Assembly: GCF_006345805.1 (NCBI RefSeq)
Contig: NW_021831742.1
Span: 1 to 53,741 of the forward strand
Reading direction: 5' to 3'
Origin: Octopus sinensis
Lineage: Eukaryota
DNA length: 53,741 bases
The notes beneath the pieces were generated by a model. It was given only the letters and a program-made list of their open reading frames with translations. It did no database searches and was not told the DNA's origin. Positions 24,701 through 37,430 of this stretch are shown here, in pieces; within the stretch, counting starts at the first letter, position 1, and every line of letters starts with the position of its first letter. The position numbers and the translations under genes were made by a program.

Positions 24701-25899
24701 CCAGAGAATTTGAATTCTTGAGAATCTTTTTAACTTGGGTCTTATATGTATTGTTCGAATTTCTTTGAAATAGGAAATATATGTATGTTCATTGGGTCTG
24801 TAAAAGGAAACCAAAAGACGAATGATCACAATAAGCAATGGGACTTTAAGCTACATTAATTGCCGATATTTGGTAGCTGTACTCAGGACTACCAATTTCA
24901 CTTCTAATTTCAGACGCTGGATTCCTTCAATGCATAAGTCATCATTTAGTCTGACTAAAGGCCATCAGTCGAAACCGTTTTCATTACACGCTTGGTCGGT
25001 GAAGGGTGTCTTCTCTCATCGCCCCTCTCTGTTTTCAGCTCTTAAGCCATTGCCGTTGAAGTTCGAGCGTTGTTATCGTTGTTGTTACCATTGCTGTTCA
25101 TTGCTGATTGAGTCGATCAATGACGATAAACATTCCAGGCACGACCATACCACCTCTTTAAGAGTATTTATGGCCACATTATCCGACATGTCGTTCTTTT
25201 ATCCATGATAATTTGAGGAAATTTTGGCTGCTATTTTTAGCAAACCTAGTGATCACAAAAAGACGTCCTCATTGCTTTGTTTAAGCGATGCTTTTGCTGC
25301 TGTCATCGCTATTGGTTATTATATTTGTTTAAAATCATATTTCAGCCGTGGCAGATTATTCAGTATTTCTTTGATATACGACGTTCCAATCGCGACGATT
25401 CATTTAAAACATATAATATTTAACCAGATCTACATTACCTAACGAGTTCTTCATTGTATTAAAGAGATTAAGATGTAATTTGAGGCAGATTTGTAGCTAT
25501 TTCTAGCACGTTAATCAAACTATGGATACATCGATTCATTTCGTATTGCATCTAGTTTCATCTCTCTCCCTCTCTCAGTTGCTCTCGCTCTTTCTCTCTC
25601 CAGTATCTCCTTTTCTGTTGGCCCTTTTCTCAATTACTCACACGCTCTCAATTATTCCTGCACTCAATTGCTCTCAAATACTCATGACCCCTCTCAATTA
25701 CTCTATTAATTACTCATTGTCTCTCAATTATTATTCTCTCCCCCTCTCTCAATAAAATCTCTCAATCACTCGCTCCCTCTCAATTATTCTCTCCTAAATT
25801 CTTCCTCTCCTTCTCTCTCAACTGCTCTGTCTATCAATCTGTCCGTCCGTCCGTCCATCCATCCATCCATCCATCCATCCATCCATCCATCCATCCATC

Positions 25900-25985
<86 letters not shown>

Positions 25986-26360
25986 GTCCTATCTCTGAAT
26001 TATTCATTCCTTCTCACAGTTGTTGACTCTCACCCTTAACTGCTCACGCTTTCTCTTCTTGGTCTTCCTCTCCCCCTCTCCTTTTCTCTCCTCAAACAAA
26101 AAACGTTCGATCATGTTTTCATTTACTACCACGCTAGTATTGGTACTCAACCAGGCATAAAATCTCACCCATCTCCCCACACACACACACTCTCTCTCTC
26201 TCACACACACACATACACTCACACACACACACATACACACACACACACACACACACCACACACACATACACATACACACAAACACACGCACAAATACAAG
26301 CATGTATCATAATGATAGACAGAAAGGCAAGCAGTTAGACATGTAGACAGCCGAGATCCA

Positions 26361-26441
<81 letters not shown>

Positions 26442-27529
26442 GTAGAAGTGTCAGCATTTTTTTAAAATGAAAAAAATGAAGAGGCCGCTTATGAGCATTG
26501 AAGTATGCATATAAGAGACAGGCATACGTGGTTCTGCCTAACAGACTATTGTGACAGACCTATTATGATGGATTTATATGACAGGCCAGCATGGCAGAAT
26601 TATATATAAACAAATACATATAGATGTAATAAGTCAACACGTGTGTGTATAGACATAAAGTGGTCTATGCATTAGGCATTCATAAGACAAATGTTCACTT
26701 CTATAGACACGAATACAGACGTTCACACACATGCTCGAGCGCAGGCAAAAACACATGCATTCAAACATATACATATACCAAGAAACCTAAGGGAAGAAAA
26801 AGATCCCCTAATATTTAAACGGTCTCTAACGAATACCTTCAACGAATTTCAGATAAACCATCGATTCCAGGATATATATCTCTGCAAATAATAACTCTCT
26901 ACTCGAATGGGCTATGGTGTCCAAAGAATGATTAATATGAAACATCTTGAAACGTCTTTTCCTGGTGGTGCTATTAAGTTGGACATGGCCTGGGTTATTT
27001 CTGGTCGAAATTTATCTCTGTATCTAAGTATCTAAGTATACATACAAATACACAAATACAGATATATACAACAAAATATATGCATGCATAAATACATGCA
27101 TACGTAAAAAAAAAAAAAAGGAACGACTACAGCCGTCTTTTTGAATCGAGGGTGATTCAAATTGGTTACAGGTCATACTTTTGCTTCTTGTTTTAGATTC
27201 TTATGTCACCGTGAATCGCCATACACACCTTCCCGGTTCTTCCATCCTTCACCAACCCAGTGGAAGCGTATCATTCAGGATGTGATGCCAGCGGGAGAGA
27301 AAACCGCATCAATATTTGGCTGGTACTCAATTTTTAGCTGACTACACCGAAGCAATATGAAATGAGGTGCTTTGCTCAAAAGTTGCAACGCACCACCCTG
27401 ACAAGAAATCGAACCTATAAACTTATCCTCATGAAGCCATCACAAAACCCAATCAACAACGCGTCTTTACGCATAAACACACTATTCCACAACCGCAGAA
27501 ATACTCCAAATATATTTATACACACATAT

Positions 27530-27750
27530 TGGTCTCAATTTTTGACACAAGACCACCAATTTTTGGGGAGGTGGTAAGTCGATTACATTGACCCCTGGTG
27601 CTCAAATGCTATTTATTGTAGTGACTCCAAAAGGATGAAAGGCAAAGTCACCCTTGACTGATTGTGAACTAAAAACGTAAGGCGGACGAAATACCACGAA
27701 GCTAACGGTTTTGCCATGGTGTGTTAACGCTTCTGTCACCTCGCCGCCTA
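27530..27750 (-). mobile_element. Old C-family SINE, alternative tail
   Basis: aaaaggatgaaaggcaaagtc core and head remnant cacctcgccgcc. Confidence 0.7.
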
Positions 27751-27766
27751 AGCTTATATGCTGATA

Positions 27767-28316
27767 TCTATAATAATAAAAGCGAAATTCTGTCTGTCCG
27801 CCTGGGACCCCTTTTATCTTAGCCTACATAGACTATGCTCTACATAGACATATACCTTTTTGGAATCCGGATGATCCCGGGATTGAAAATTTGCCCGACA
27901 TTTGGCTTTTGGACATCCAGCATTGGGATCTGATTTAAAAGCATTTGGATTGCTATTTCCAGCAGATAAAGCTTGGCTGATCCACGCCATCATGGTGACG
28001 TTTGTTAGATGACGTCAGAGATTAAGGGGGAGATAAATAACATTCGCTTCGTTAATTTTACGTGGAGATAAAAACTTTGGGACAAATTGGTCAATAGCTG
28101 GAATTCAACTTGAGACTGGAACAATAGAATGATTGCATAGCAGAATTAATTCTCATCCGTCCTTAGCCTCTGATCAAACACACCACCGGGCAAATAGTCG
28201 TTATAGATATTTTATAGTTATGCTATTTAACTCCTTTTAGTTTTGGGTGACAGGTCCGATTATTCCTCCGCAGGAGCCAGCTTAAAAGTACGCACGGAGT
28301 GCAGCTTTTAATCTAG
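27767..28316 (+). mobile_element. Complete non-autonomous Helitron (550 bp)
   Basis: a|TCTATAATAATAAAAG start; subterminal hairpin gcac-gga-gtgc; ends CTAG|t; no TSD. Confidence 0.8.
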
Positions 28317-28564
28317 TAAATACAGATAAACAGACATATTAAAGCCATCATTTGCTACAGTAACAATTAGTAGATATGTTACCTTTACTATTTAGGATAT
28401 TAACCTAAGATTGGTTCTTGGTCCTTTTGTTTTCGTCGTGTACTGTTGTTTTCTTGATTCTGAGACCCAACATGTTTTAATAGAATACCACCACCTCCAC
28501 AAATACAACAACCACAGCTACAAGAACTACAACCAATGCTACCACCGCTACGACCAATACCACC

Positions 28565-29289
28565 TTGACTGGTACTTATTTCATCGATTACAAAAGGATG
28601 ACAGGTAATTTCGATCTAGGTGGAATTTGAACTCCGAATGAAAAAACGGAATAAATGCCTCTAAGTGTTCTGTCCGGTGTCTTAACGATTCTTATTTCTT
28701 TATTGCCCACAAGGGACTAAACATAGAGGGGACAAACAAGGACAGACAAAGGGATTAAGTCGATTATATCGACTCCAGTGCGTAACTCGTACTTAATTTA
28801 TCGATCCTGAGGATGAAAGGCAAAGTCGACATCGGCGGAATTTAAACTCAGAACGTAACGGCAGACGAAATACCTATTTCTTTACTTCCCACAAGGGGCT
28901 ACACACAGAAAGGACAAATAAGGACAGATAAACGGATTAAGTCGATTATACCGACCCCATTGCGTAACTCGTACTTAATTTATCGACACCGAAATGATGA
29001 AAGGCAAAGTCGACCTCGGCGGAATTTAAACTCAGAGCGTAACGGCAGACGAAATACCTATTTCTTTACTTCCCACAAGGGGCTACACGCAGAAAGGACG
29101 AACAAGGACAGACAAACGGATTAAGTCGATTATACCGACCCCAGTGTGTAACTGGTACTTAATTTATCGACACCGAAATGATGAAAGGCAAAGTCGACCT
29201 CGGCGGAATTTGAACTCAGAATTTAACGGCAGACGAAATACAGCAAAGCATTTCGCCCGGCGTGCTAACGATTCTGCCAACACGCCGCC
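28565..29289 (-). mobile_element. C-family trimer (28692-29289) joined to the body of an older C copy (28565-28691)
   Basis: 184 bp period (junctions at 28867 and 29051); single head ending 29289. Confidence 0.9.
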
Positions 29290-29509
29290 ATTAAACACAA
29301 ACAAATAATAACATCAACGTCACTCCACCATTCCGAGAACACCAGCAGCAGCAGCACCACCACCACCACCACCACCGCCATTACTGTCAATAACAATAAC
29401 ATTGCCACCACCACCACCACCACCACCTCCAGCATCACTACCATCATCATAGTTATAAACATCAATCCTATTACCACTACCATCACAACCGCCAACACCA
29501 CTTAAAAAA

Positions 29510-29828
29510 GACTCCGCCGGTTACGACGACGAGGGTCCCAGCTGATACGATCAACGGAACAGCTTGCTCGTGAAATTAACGTGCAAATGGCTGAGCATTC
29601 CACAGACACGTGTACCCTTAACGTAGTTCTCGGGGATAATCAGCGTGACACAGAGAGTGACAAGGCTGACCCTTTGAAATACAAGTACAACTCATTTTTG
29701 CCAGCTGAGTGGACTGGAGCAACGTGAAATAAAGTGTCTTGCTCAAGGACACAACGCGTCGCCGGGAATCGAACTCACAACCTTACGATCATGAGCCGAA
29801 TGCCCTAACCACTAAGCCACGCGCCCTC
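29510..29828 (-). mobile_element. A2-type SINE: distinct tRNA-like head and gtgtccttgagcaagacactt core, A-family tail
   Basis: A-box tggcttagtgg, B-box gagttcgattcc; last ~190 bp match the A tail. Confidence 0.88.
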
Positions 29829-29834
29829 CCCAAC

Positions 29835-30860
29835 ACCACTAGGACCATCCGCACCATCAATATCAAGAGTAGGAATCAATCTACCAACACTACTAAGACT
29901 ATCAACATCACCTTCTGTAGTAACAACGGCATCGGTAGCAGCAGCAGCAGCGGCAGCAGCAGCAGCAGCAGCAGCAGCGGCAGCAGCAGCAGCAGCAGCA
30001 GCAGCAGCGGCAGCAGCAGCGGCAGCAGCAGCAGCACGACGACAACGACGACGAAAACAATCACCATCACTACCACCACCACCACCACCACCACCCCAAC
30101 CACCACCACCACCACCGCCGCCGCTACCACCGCCACCAACGACAACAACGTGCTCACCCCCCCCCGACCTCAGTTATCACAACTCCATCTCTTCTAAAAC
30201 CCAGCATTACCATCACCACTACTACCACTACCATCACTATCACCGCCGCCGCCGCCACCGCTACCACCATTACTATCTTTAAGAACACAGCCATGCTCAC
30301 CACGCCCACCACGTTTACACTAGCACCATCATCATCATCACCACCAACCCAATCACCACTCATCGAACCACCACCTCCCACATTACCTCAAAGACCACCG
30401 CCAACACCTAAACACCACGCGCTACCACCACTCAAGCTACCACTACCATCAGTACCACCACCATCATACTCCTACTCCTACACTGCCCGCAACCACCAAC
30501 ACCACCACCACCGCCACCACCACCACAATCACCATCACCACCACCACCACCACCACCACACCACCACCACCACCACCACCACCGCCGCAACCACCAACGT
30601 CCTCTCTTCACCTCTATCAACGGCGACCCCAACACCACCATAAGCATCATTACCATAAATACCCCCCACCTCCAGCCAATACTACGCATACTTTATTATC
30701 CCGCTCTACCACTAGCACCGTCAACCACCACCAGTAGCAGCAGCACCATCAACACCACCACCTTCGTCGTTCCGCTGCCTCCGCCACGTCTGCTGTCCTC
30801 GCTACCACTGCCACCGCCGCCATTTCACTTAACGCTCCTGCAACCGCCACCCTCAGCCAC
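29835..30860. repeat. (CAG)n/(CAC)n/(CCG)n trinucleotide mosaic
   Basis: Direct inspection. Confidence 0.9.
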
Positions 30861-32451
30861 CGCTGCAATATATTGACTGATAATTATAGTTGTTAAAAAC
30901 GTGTATTATTGTTGTTGTTGTGGTTATTGTTGTCTCAGTTTGTTGTTATTGTCATTGTTTTTGTTGTCGTTATTGCTGTTGGTTTTGTTTATTTTCTCTT
31001 TAGCTGCCCTCACACTGGTTCCACTACACTGGTTTCTTATCGGGAAATGTCAAAACAGGGACGTACCAATTGTCAAGTCCCTTCCTTGCACCACGGTTCC
31101 ATTGTGCGAAAGAGAGGAGAATACTTCGCCTGAACGCCGAACACAAAAGAAAGCTAAATAAACAGTAGGAGAATAGAAAGCATGAAAGGATTATAAAACC
31201 GAGAAAGAGGAACGGAGAGAGAAAGAAGAAGAGGGGAAACAAAAAGAAGGGGAGGAAGAGAGAGAGAGTGAGTGAGAGACAGAGGGTGGTTGGGGGGGTT
31301 GGGGGAGAGGAAGACAATGAACGAAGGAAATAAAGGAAAATATTGAAAAGAGCTTAACCAAACGAAGTGGGTGTGAAATGTGTTCAAACAGGAATGAAAA
31401 GTCCCTCTTTTTGTGTCCATTGTTGAAGTAATATGTTGTGAATAGTTTTCATGTTTGATGGGTGAAGGCAGTTTCATAAGCATGTGACATTTGACGGGAT
31501 GAAAGAGGCCTGGTGTTGTAAGGCATAGCACTGAAAGCTTAACAGTGTTTCATTTCGTTCGTCGTGTTTTCTAGTTTAGTCAAATCCAATGGGCGTCAAC
31601 TTCATTATATCCCTGAGGACGATAAAATATACATACCAGTTATACGGTGTGTGTGCGATCATCCATGAAGTGTTGGTTAAGCCGTTAATCAAGTTATGTC
31701 TGCGAAGCAGGTTTTTAGTCCCTTCTTTTTTTTTTTTTTTTTCTATTTCCCAACTGAACAAACAATTCCGTCTCTCTTCCGACTCGTAACCGCAATTTCC
31801 GGCGGAAGTAAAAGAACATGGAAAAGGAGGGATGCCTTCTACTAACCCGATTTGCTCTTGACACACCGAACGATGGCAAAGTCTTCAGTGAATCAGTAAT
31901 ATTTACCGGACATTTTAGCTTTCGTTTAATCAACAAACTACTGGTATTGACTAAGGCAGTAAAAGAGCAGACGCGATAGAACGTAGGAAAAGAAACCCCT
32001 GTAGTATTAGTTACGTCCCTTTGCACTTTGTGTTTGTTTTCCTCCAGGATCGACTTAACTCTTACCCTTTTACAAGACAACTACAAGGCTAGATTTAATG
32101 CACGCTCGATCTTAACAGCCACCAAAAACAATCTGGGCTTCGAGCCAATGATAAAAAATTCCATTAACGCACAGTCATTTCAGGAGGGTACACACTAAGA
32201 CATTTACGGAGTCCCAAGAGAGCGATGGTTAGATTTAAAAAAAAACCACAACTCAAAAGCTGTTGCATTAAAAAGCAATGCATGAAGTTAGCAAAATCTG
32301 TTCAGTTTGGAACCCGGTCTCGGGGTATTAAAGTGGTTTCTGCTAAAAGCACCAAGAGCAAGGTGACAGTATAATATCACACGACAAATCCATCTAGAAA
32401 CATGGCGATATCAAGGACAAAAAACAACAACAAAAAAGTAACAACCTATCA

Positions 32452-32859
32452 GCGTAGGAGTGGCTGTGGGGTAAGTAGCTTGCTTACGAACCACATGGTT
32501 CCGGGTTCAGTCCCACTGCGTTGCACCTTGGGCAAGTGTCTTCTGCTATAGCCTCGAGCCGACCAAAGCCTTGTGAGAGGATTTGGTAGACGGAAACTGA
32601 AAGAAGCCCGTCGTATACATATATATATATATATGCATGTGTGTGTGTTTGTGTGTCTGTGTTTGTCCCCACAACATCGCTTGACAACTGATGCTGGTGT
32701 GTTTATGCCCCCCTAACTTAGCGGTTCGGCAAAAGAAACCGATAGAATAAGTACTAGGCTTACAAAGAATAAGTCCTGGGGTCGATTTGCTCGACTAAAG
32801 GCGGCGCTCCAGCATGGCCACAGTCAAATAACTGAAACAAGTCAAAGAGTAAAAGAGTA
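32452..32859 (+). mobile_element. B-family SINE, full length (~408 bp)
   Basis: Complete head, short internal microsatellite, aagagta tail. Confidence 0.93.
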
Positions 32860-33042
32860 TCCTTCAGAAGATGTAGTAAGTAGCTTTCTAAATATCATAT
32901 ATCCGCCTTTATGACTTCATTTTAGCCCTATCATGCTAAAAACTCTGTGATTAAATGTGGAAGGAAAAATGGTCGAGTTTCTGGAATCGACTGGATGAAT
33001 CTGAAGAGTCACATATGTTCTGACAACAACACTGTGTGTATA

Positions 33043-33462
33043 TACTCTCTCTTTTACTCTTTTACTTGTTTCAGTCATTTGACTGCGGCCATGCTGGAGC
33101 ACCGCCTTTAGTCGAGCAATTGACCCCGGGACTTATTCTTTGTAAGCCCAGTACTTATTCTATCGGTCTCTTTTGCCGAACCGCTAAGTGACGGGGACGT
33201 AAATACACCAGCATCAGTTGTCAAGCAATGCTAGGGGGACAAACACAGACACACAAACACACACACGTGCATATATATATATATATATATACATATATAC
33301 GACAGGCTTCTTTCAGTTTCCGTCTACCAAATCCACTCACAAGGCATTGGTCGGCCCGGGGCTATAGCAGAAGACACTTGCCCAAGATGCCACGCAGTGG
33401 GACTGAACCCGGAACCATGTGGTTGGTTAGCAAGCTACTTACCACACAGCCACTCCTGCGCC
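33043..33462 (-). mobile_element. B-family SINE, full length, inverted relative to 32452
   Basis: Complete reverse-complement copy; possible tatata TSD. Confidence 0.93.
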
Positions 33463-34319
33463 TATATATCGTTTAATTGAACGGAGTATTTAACTATCCC
33501 TCCGTACGCTGTTCTGTACCGTTCGTGTAATGAAGTTTGAAACTAAAGTTTTAAAATGGTATGAAACAAACGCGTCACTTTTTCAATGAGTTTCACATGG
33601 TTAATCTCCGCAACCATGCGTCTGCAAGCACTCCGTAATAGATTCAATAAGACTTAAAAAACGACCTGTGTGAGACCAAATTTTACTGAATTAGTAGTGT
33701 TCTTCAGCATTAATGTTCGTGATTTTGTAGTGTGTGTGGGTGTGTGGGTGTTGTGTGTGTGCCCGCGTTTTGTACTTTCGTTTCTATGGAAATGCAAGTG
33801 AAAAGACGATTAAGGAAAATTTACAAGACAGTTATTAGTTGAAAAGCTCGTCAAGAAGAATAAAAGAGAGCACTTAAGAACAGTGTAATGTATTATTATA
33901 GAACGGAAGGTAGGAAGTAAGAAGAAAAAAAATATTAAGGAAGCAGGAAGAAAAAATATAAAAATAAAACGACATTCATTATTCTGAGAAAAAGCAAAAG
34001 GGGAAATTATGAAGACACGATTTAAGGAAAGATAATTATGATGGCAGGTTTTATGTACCACGGACATCCATATCGAATGTTTAAGTAACTTTTTAAGCAA
34101 CTATAATAACATTAGATGCCGTTACACGCGCTTAGATGAGACGATTGACACCTCTCGCTCACAAATGTCTTCGTACTCTGGAATAGAAATCTGATTCTGA
34201 CTTACCGGTTTCGACTTCGTTTAGGGTACGCAGTATTTGGGGCCTGACATTATATAGTTATAAATGAACACTGTGCGAACGATTCTAACGATCCAGTTTT
34301 TGGTGCAATAATAATAACG

Positions 34320-34367
<48 letters not shown>

Positions 34368-34374
34368 GTAGTAA

Positions 34375-34438
<64 letters not shown>

Positions 34439-34440
34439 AA

Positions 34441-35231
34441 TACCAGTAGATGACAACGTTTCTCTAAAAGAAACGGAGAAACTTTCAAAATACAAACACT
34501 TGGAAATAAAGGTAACTCGAATGTGGAATCTAAAAACAGAAACAATTCCTATTTAAGGCGGCGAGCTGGCAGAAACGTTAGCACGCCGGGCGATATGCGT
34601 AGCCGTATTTCGTCTGCCGTTACGTTCTGAGTTCAAATTCCGCCGCGGTCGACTTTGCCTTTCATCCTTTCGGGGTCGATAAATTAAGTACCAGTTACGC
34701 ACTGGGGGTCAATGTAATCGACTCAATCCCTTTGTCTGTCCTTGTTTGTCCCCTCTGTGTTTAGCGCCTCGTGGGTAGTAAAGAAATAGTTATTTCGTCT
34801 GCCGCTACGTTCTGAGTTCAAATTCCGCCGAGGTCGACTTTCCCTTTCATCCTTTCGGAGTCGATTAAATAAGTACCAGTTACGCACTGGGGTCGATATA
34901 ATCGACTTAATCCGTTTGTCTGTCCTTGTTTGTCCTCTCTGTGTTTAGCCCCATTGTGGGTAGTAAAGAAATAAGAAACAATTCATATCATAGTAGGCAC
35001 ATTAGGTATTTAAAAAAAATATTCAGACAAATACATAACAAAAACACCAGGACTTACAAATATATACAACATACAGAAAATTGCACTACTGGGCACTGCA
35101 CACATCCTACGCAAAACACTTTCACTACAGTAACGATAAGAGCATCACAGCAAAACACAGCACATACCTAAGGCACACAGAGCTGCACTGGGTAGTGAAG
35201 TGAAAGCACTTTTTAAAAATAAAACTACTGA
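34441..35231 (+). mobile_element. R4/Dong-like (REL endonuclease) non-LTR retrotransposon 3' end embedded in (TAA)n, interrupted by a C dimer
   Basis: Translation PVDDNVSLKETEKLSKYKHLEIKVTRMWNLKTETIP / LGI.KKYSDKYITKTPGL..IQKIALLGTAHILRKTL; homologous to 44348-44872. Confidence 0.8.
34557..34973 (+). mobile_element. C-family SINE dimer with 15 bp TSD
   Basis: Head ggcggcgagctggcagaaacgttag, B-box gagttcaaattcc; ~185 bp period; TSD agaaacaattc(c/a)tat at 34538-34552 and 34974-34988. Confidence 0.92.
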
Positions 35232-35237
35232 ATAATG

Positions 35238-35310
<73 letters not shown>

Positions 35311-35320
35311 TAATAACAAC

Positions 35321-35645
35321 ACGAGCAGAAGTGGTGGGGGAGCATCATAGCCATGTGTTGAGAGGAATTCTTTGGGGTTTGGATAATTCACCTTTGGAAA
35401 CATGGGTGTTTCGTTCAACATCTTTGAGCGGGATGGGCTAACCAACCTGAAGAAAATTCTAACTGGGCTCCACCCGCAAAGTCATGCGCTGATAATCTTC
35501 ATATGAGATCACCATGTCGCGCACATATGGTTGTGATGCATGAGCCTGGTGTACCCTTATCAGACGGGTAGTGATGATGGGTATACTGGACTTCGTATAT
35601 TTGTACCCCAGTGTCACTTTGATGGCATGCACTACTCTATCACTC
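35321..35645 (+). mobile_element. 3' end of a second (AAT)n-tailed retroelement family
   Basis: Ends ...cactc(AAT)n; start may encode a REL-type C-terminus (SHVLRGIL); last ~120 bp repeated at 35699-35816. Confidence 0.6.
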
Positions 35646-35698
<53 letters not shown>

Positions 35699-35700
<2 letters not shown>

Positions 35701-35816
35701 GTTGTGATGCATGTGCCTAGTGTACCCTTATCAGACGGGTAGTGATGATGTGTATACTGGGCTCCGTATATTTGTACCCCAGTGTCACTTTGACGGCATG
35801 CACTGCTCTCTCACTC
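35699..35816 (+). mobile_element. Short 5'-truncated copy of the same (AAT)n-tailed element
   Basis: High identity (a few substitutions) to 35529-35645, flanked by (AAT)n on both sides. Confidence 0.7.
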
Positions 35817-35840
35817 AATAATAATAATAATAATAATAAC

Positions 35841-35875
<35 letters not shown>

Positions 35876-35899
35876 TAATAATAATAATCATATCTATTG

Positions 35900-36300
35900 T
35901 AGGCACAAGGCCTGCAAATTTAATGGAGGAGTTAGTCGTTTATATCGAACCCATTACTAAACTGGTATTAATTTTATCGACCCCGAATGGATAGGCAAAG
36001 TTGATTACGGCAGAATTTGAACTTAGAGCCTAAAGCGGGAAGAAATTTCACTAAGCATTTCCCCCGGTGTACGAGCGATGCTGCCAGCTTGCTGCCTTGA
36101 TGATGTTGATGAAGATGATGATGGTTTCAAATTTTGGCACAAGTCCCAAGATTCAGCTGGGACTTAATTTATCGACCCCGATAAAGGCAAAATGATGAAA
36201 TGCAAAATTGACCTCGACGGATTTTGAACCCAGAACGTTCAGACAGACGAATTGCCGCTTAGCATTTTTTCCGAAGTACTAGCGATTCTGCAACTCGGCT
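35900..36300 (-). mobile_element. Two adjacent degenerate C-family SINEs
   Basis: atcgaccccga...ggcaaagttga...gaatttgaac...agcattt cores at ~35975-36095 and ~36165-36300. Confidence 0.65.
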
Positions 36301-36302
36301 CC

Positions 36303-36338
<36 letters not shown>

Positions 36339-37042
36339 TCAATGATAATGATTATGAAAATATTCCAGGAGGAAGAGACTATCTGGTTTTGTTTCAGATA
36401 CACCGTACAACTAGAAACACGTGTTTCTGTTCGCTTGGGTCTCATCGACATGACATTATTCATTATGTCGCAAGCATTTGTCGCGTATAATGGGAGTTGA
36501 ATACATTGTTGATTAGATTAATTTGTATAATTAAAACGAAAAGGAGCTATGAGAAAATAACTAGGGAAAGTAAGTGTCATGAATTTGAAATTCGACTTAC
36601 ACGATAAACCTGTCATTGATTAAAAATTTCCTTTCCGGAAAGAGAAGATAAGCAGAAGCCGAGCGGTGGCTACTAGCGACTATGAGTGAAAAGGGGAACT
36701 AATTTAATGAAATTTACGATGAACTTCCATTGGGTTAAAATAAGACGGGGAAAATCAGGCTGTGTATGTAGAATTATATGTAGTTATTATATGTAGTTTT
36801 GTGTAAGTTATTAAATTTGATGTGTTAAACTGAAAATAAATTTTAGTTGGTCTTTGGGAAAAGACATTATTTGAGTAATTTTTCCAGCTAATTCTCTATG
36901 TTTTACAACTCATTTAGTGGTTAGTTATCTTTATAGTGAGTAAAGATCAGTGATGAGGTCCTGTATGATCGAAATTTGCTCAGAGTTGTCACCATAGCTA
37001 CCAAAGATCAAATTTTCTACTTCACGTCTGTATAATTAAATT

Positions 37043-37430
37043 GTGGAGGCGCAATGGCCCAGTGGTTAGGGCAGCGGACTCGCGGTCGTAGGATCGCGGT
37101 TTCGATTCCCAGACCGGTTGTTGTGAGTGTTTATTGAGCGAAAGCACATAAAAGCTCCACGAGGCTCCGGCAGGGATGGTGGTGATCCCTGCTGTACTCT
37201 TTCACCACAACTTTCTCTCACTCTTACTTCCTGTTTCTGTTGTACCTGTATTTCAAAGGGCCGACCTTGTCACTCTGTGTGTCACGCTGAATATCCCCGA
37301 GAACTACGTTAAGGGTACACGTGTCTGTGGAGTGCTCAGCCACTTACACGTTAATTTCACGAGCAGGCTGTTCCGTTCATCGGATCAACCGGAACCCTCG
37401 TCGTCGTAACCGACGGAGTGCTTCCCAAAA
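37043..37430 (+). mobile_element. A-family SINE, full length, 11 bp TSD
   Basis: TSD ataattaaatt at 37032-37042 and 37431-37441. Confidence 0.93.

Noticed and set aside
24951-24978. Second hammerhead-like string ctgactaaaggccatcagtcgaaaccg
   Set aside because: G8 is missing, helix II is only 3 bp and no helix I pairing exists; consistent with chance.
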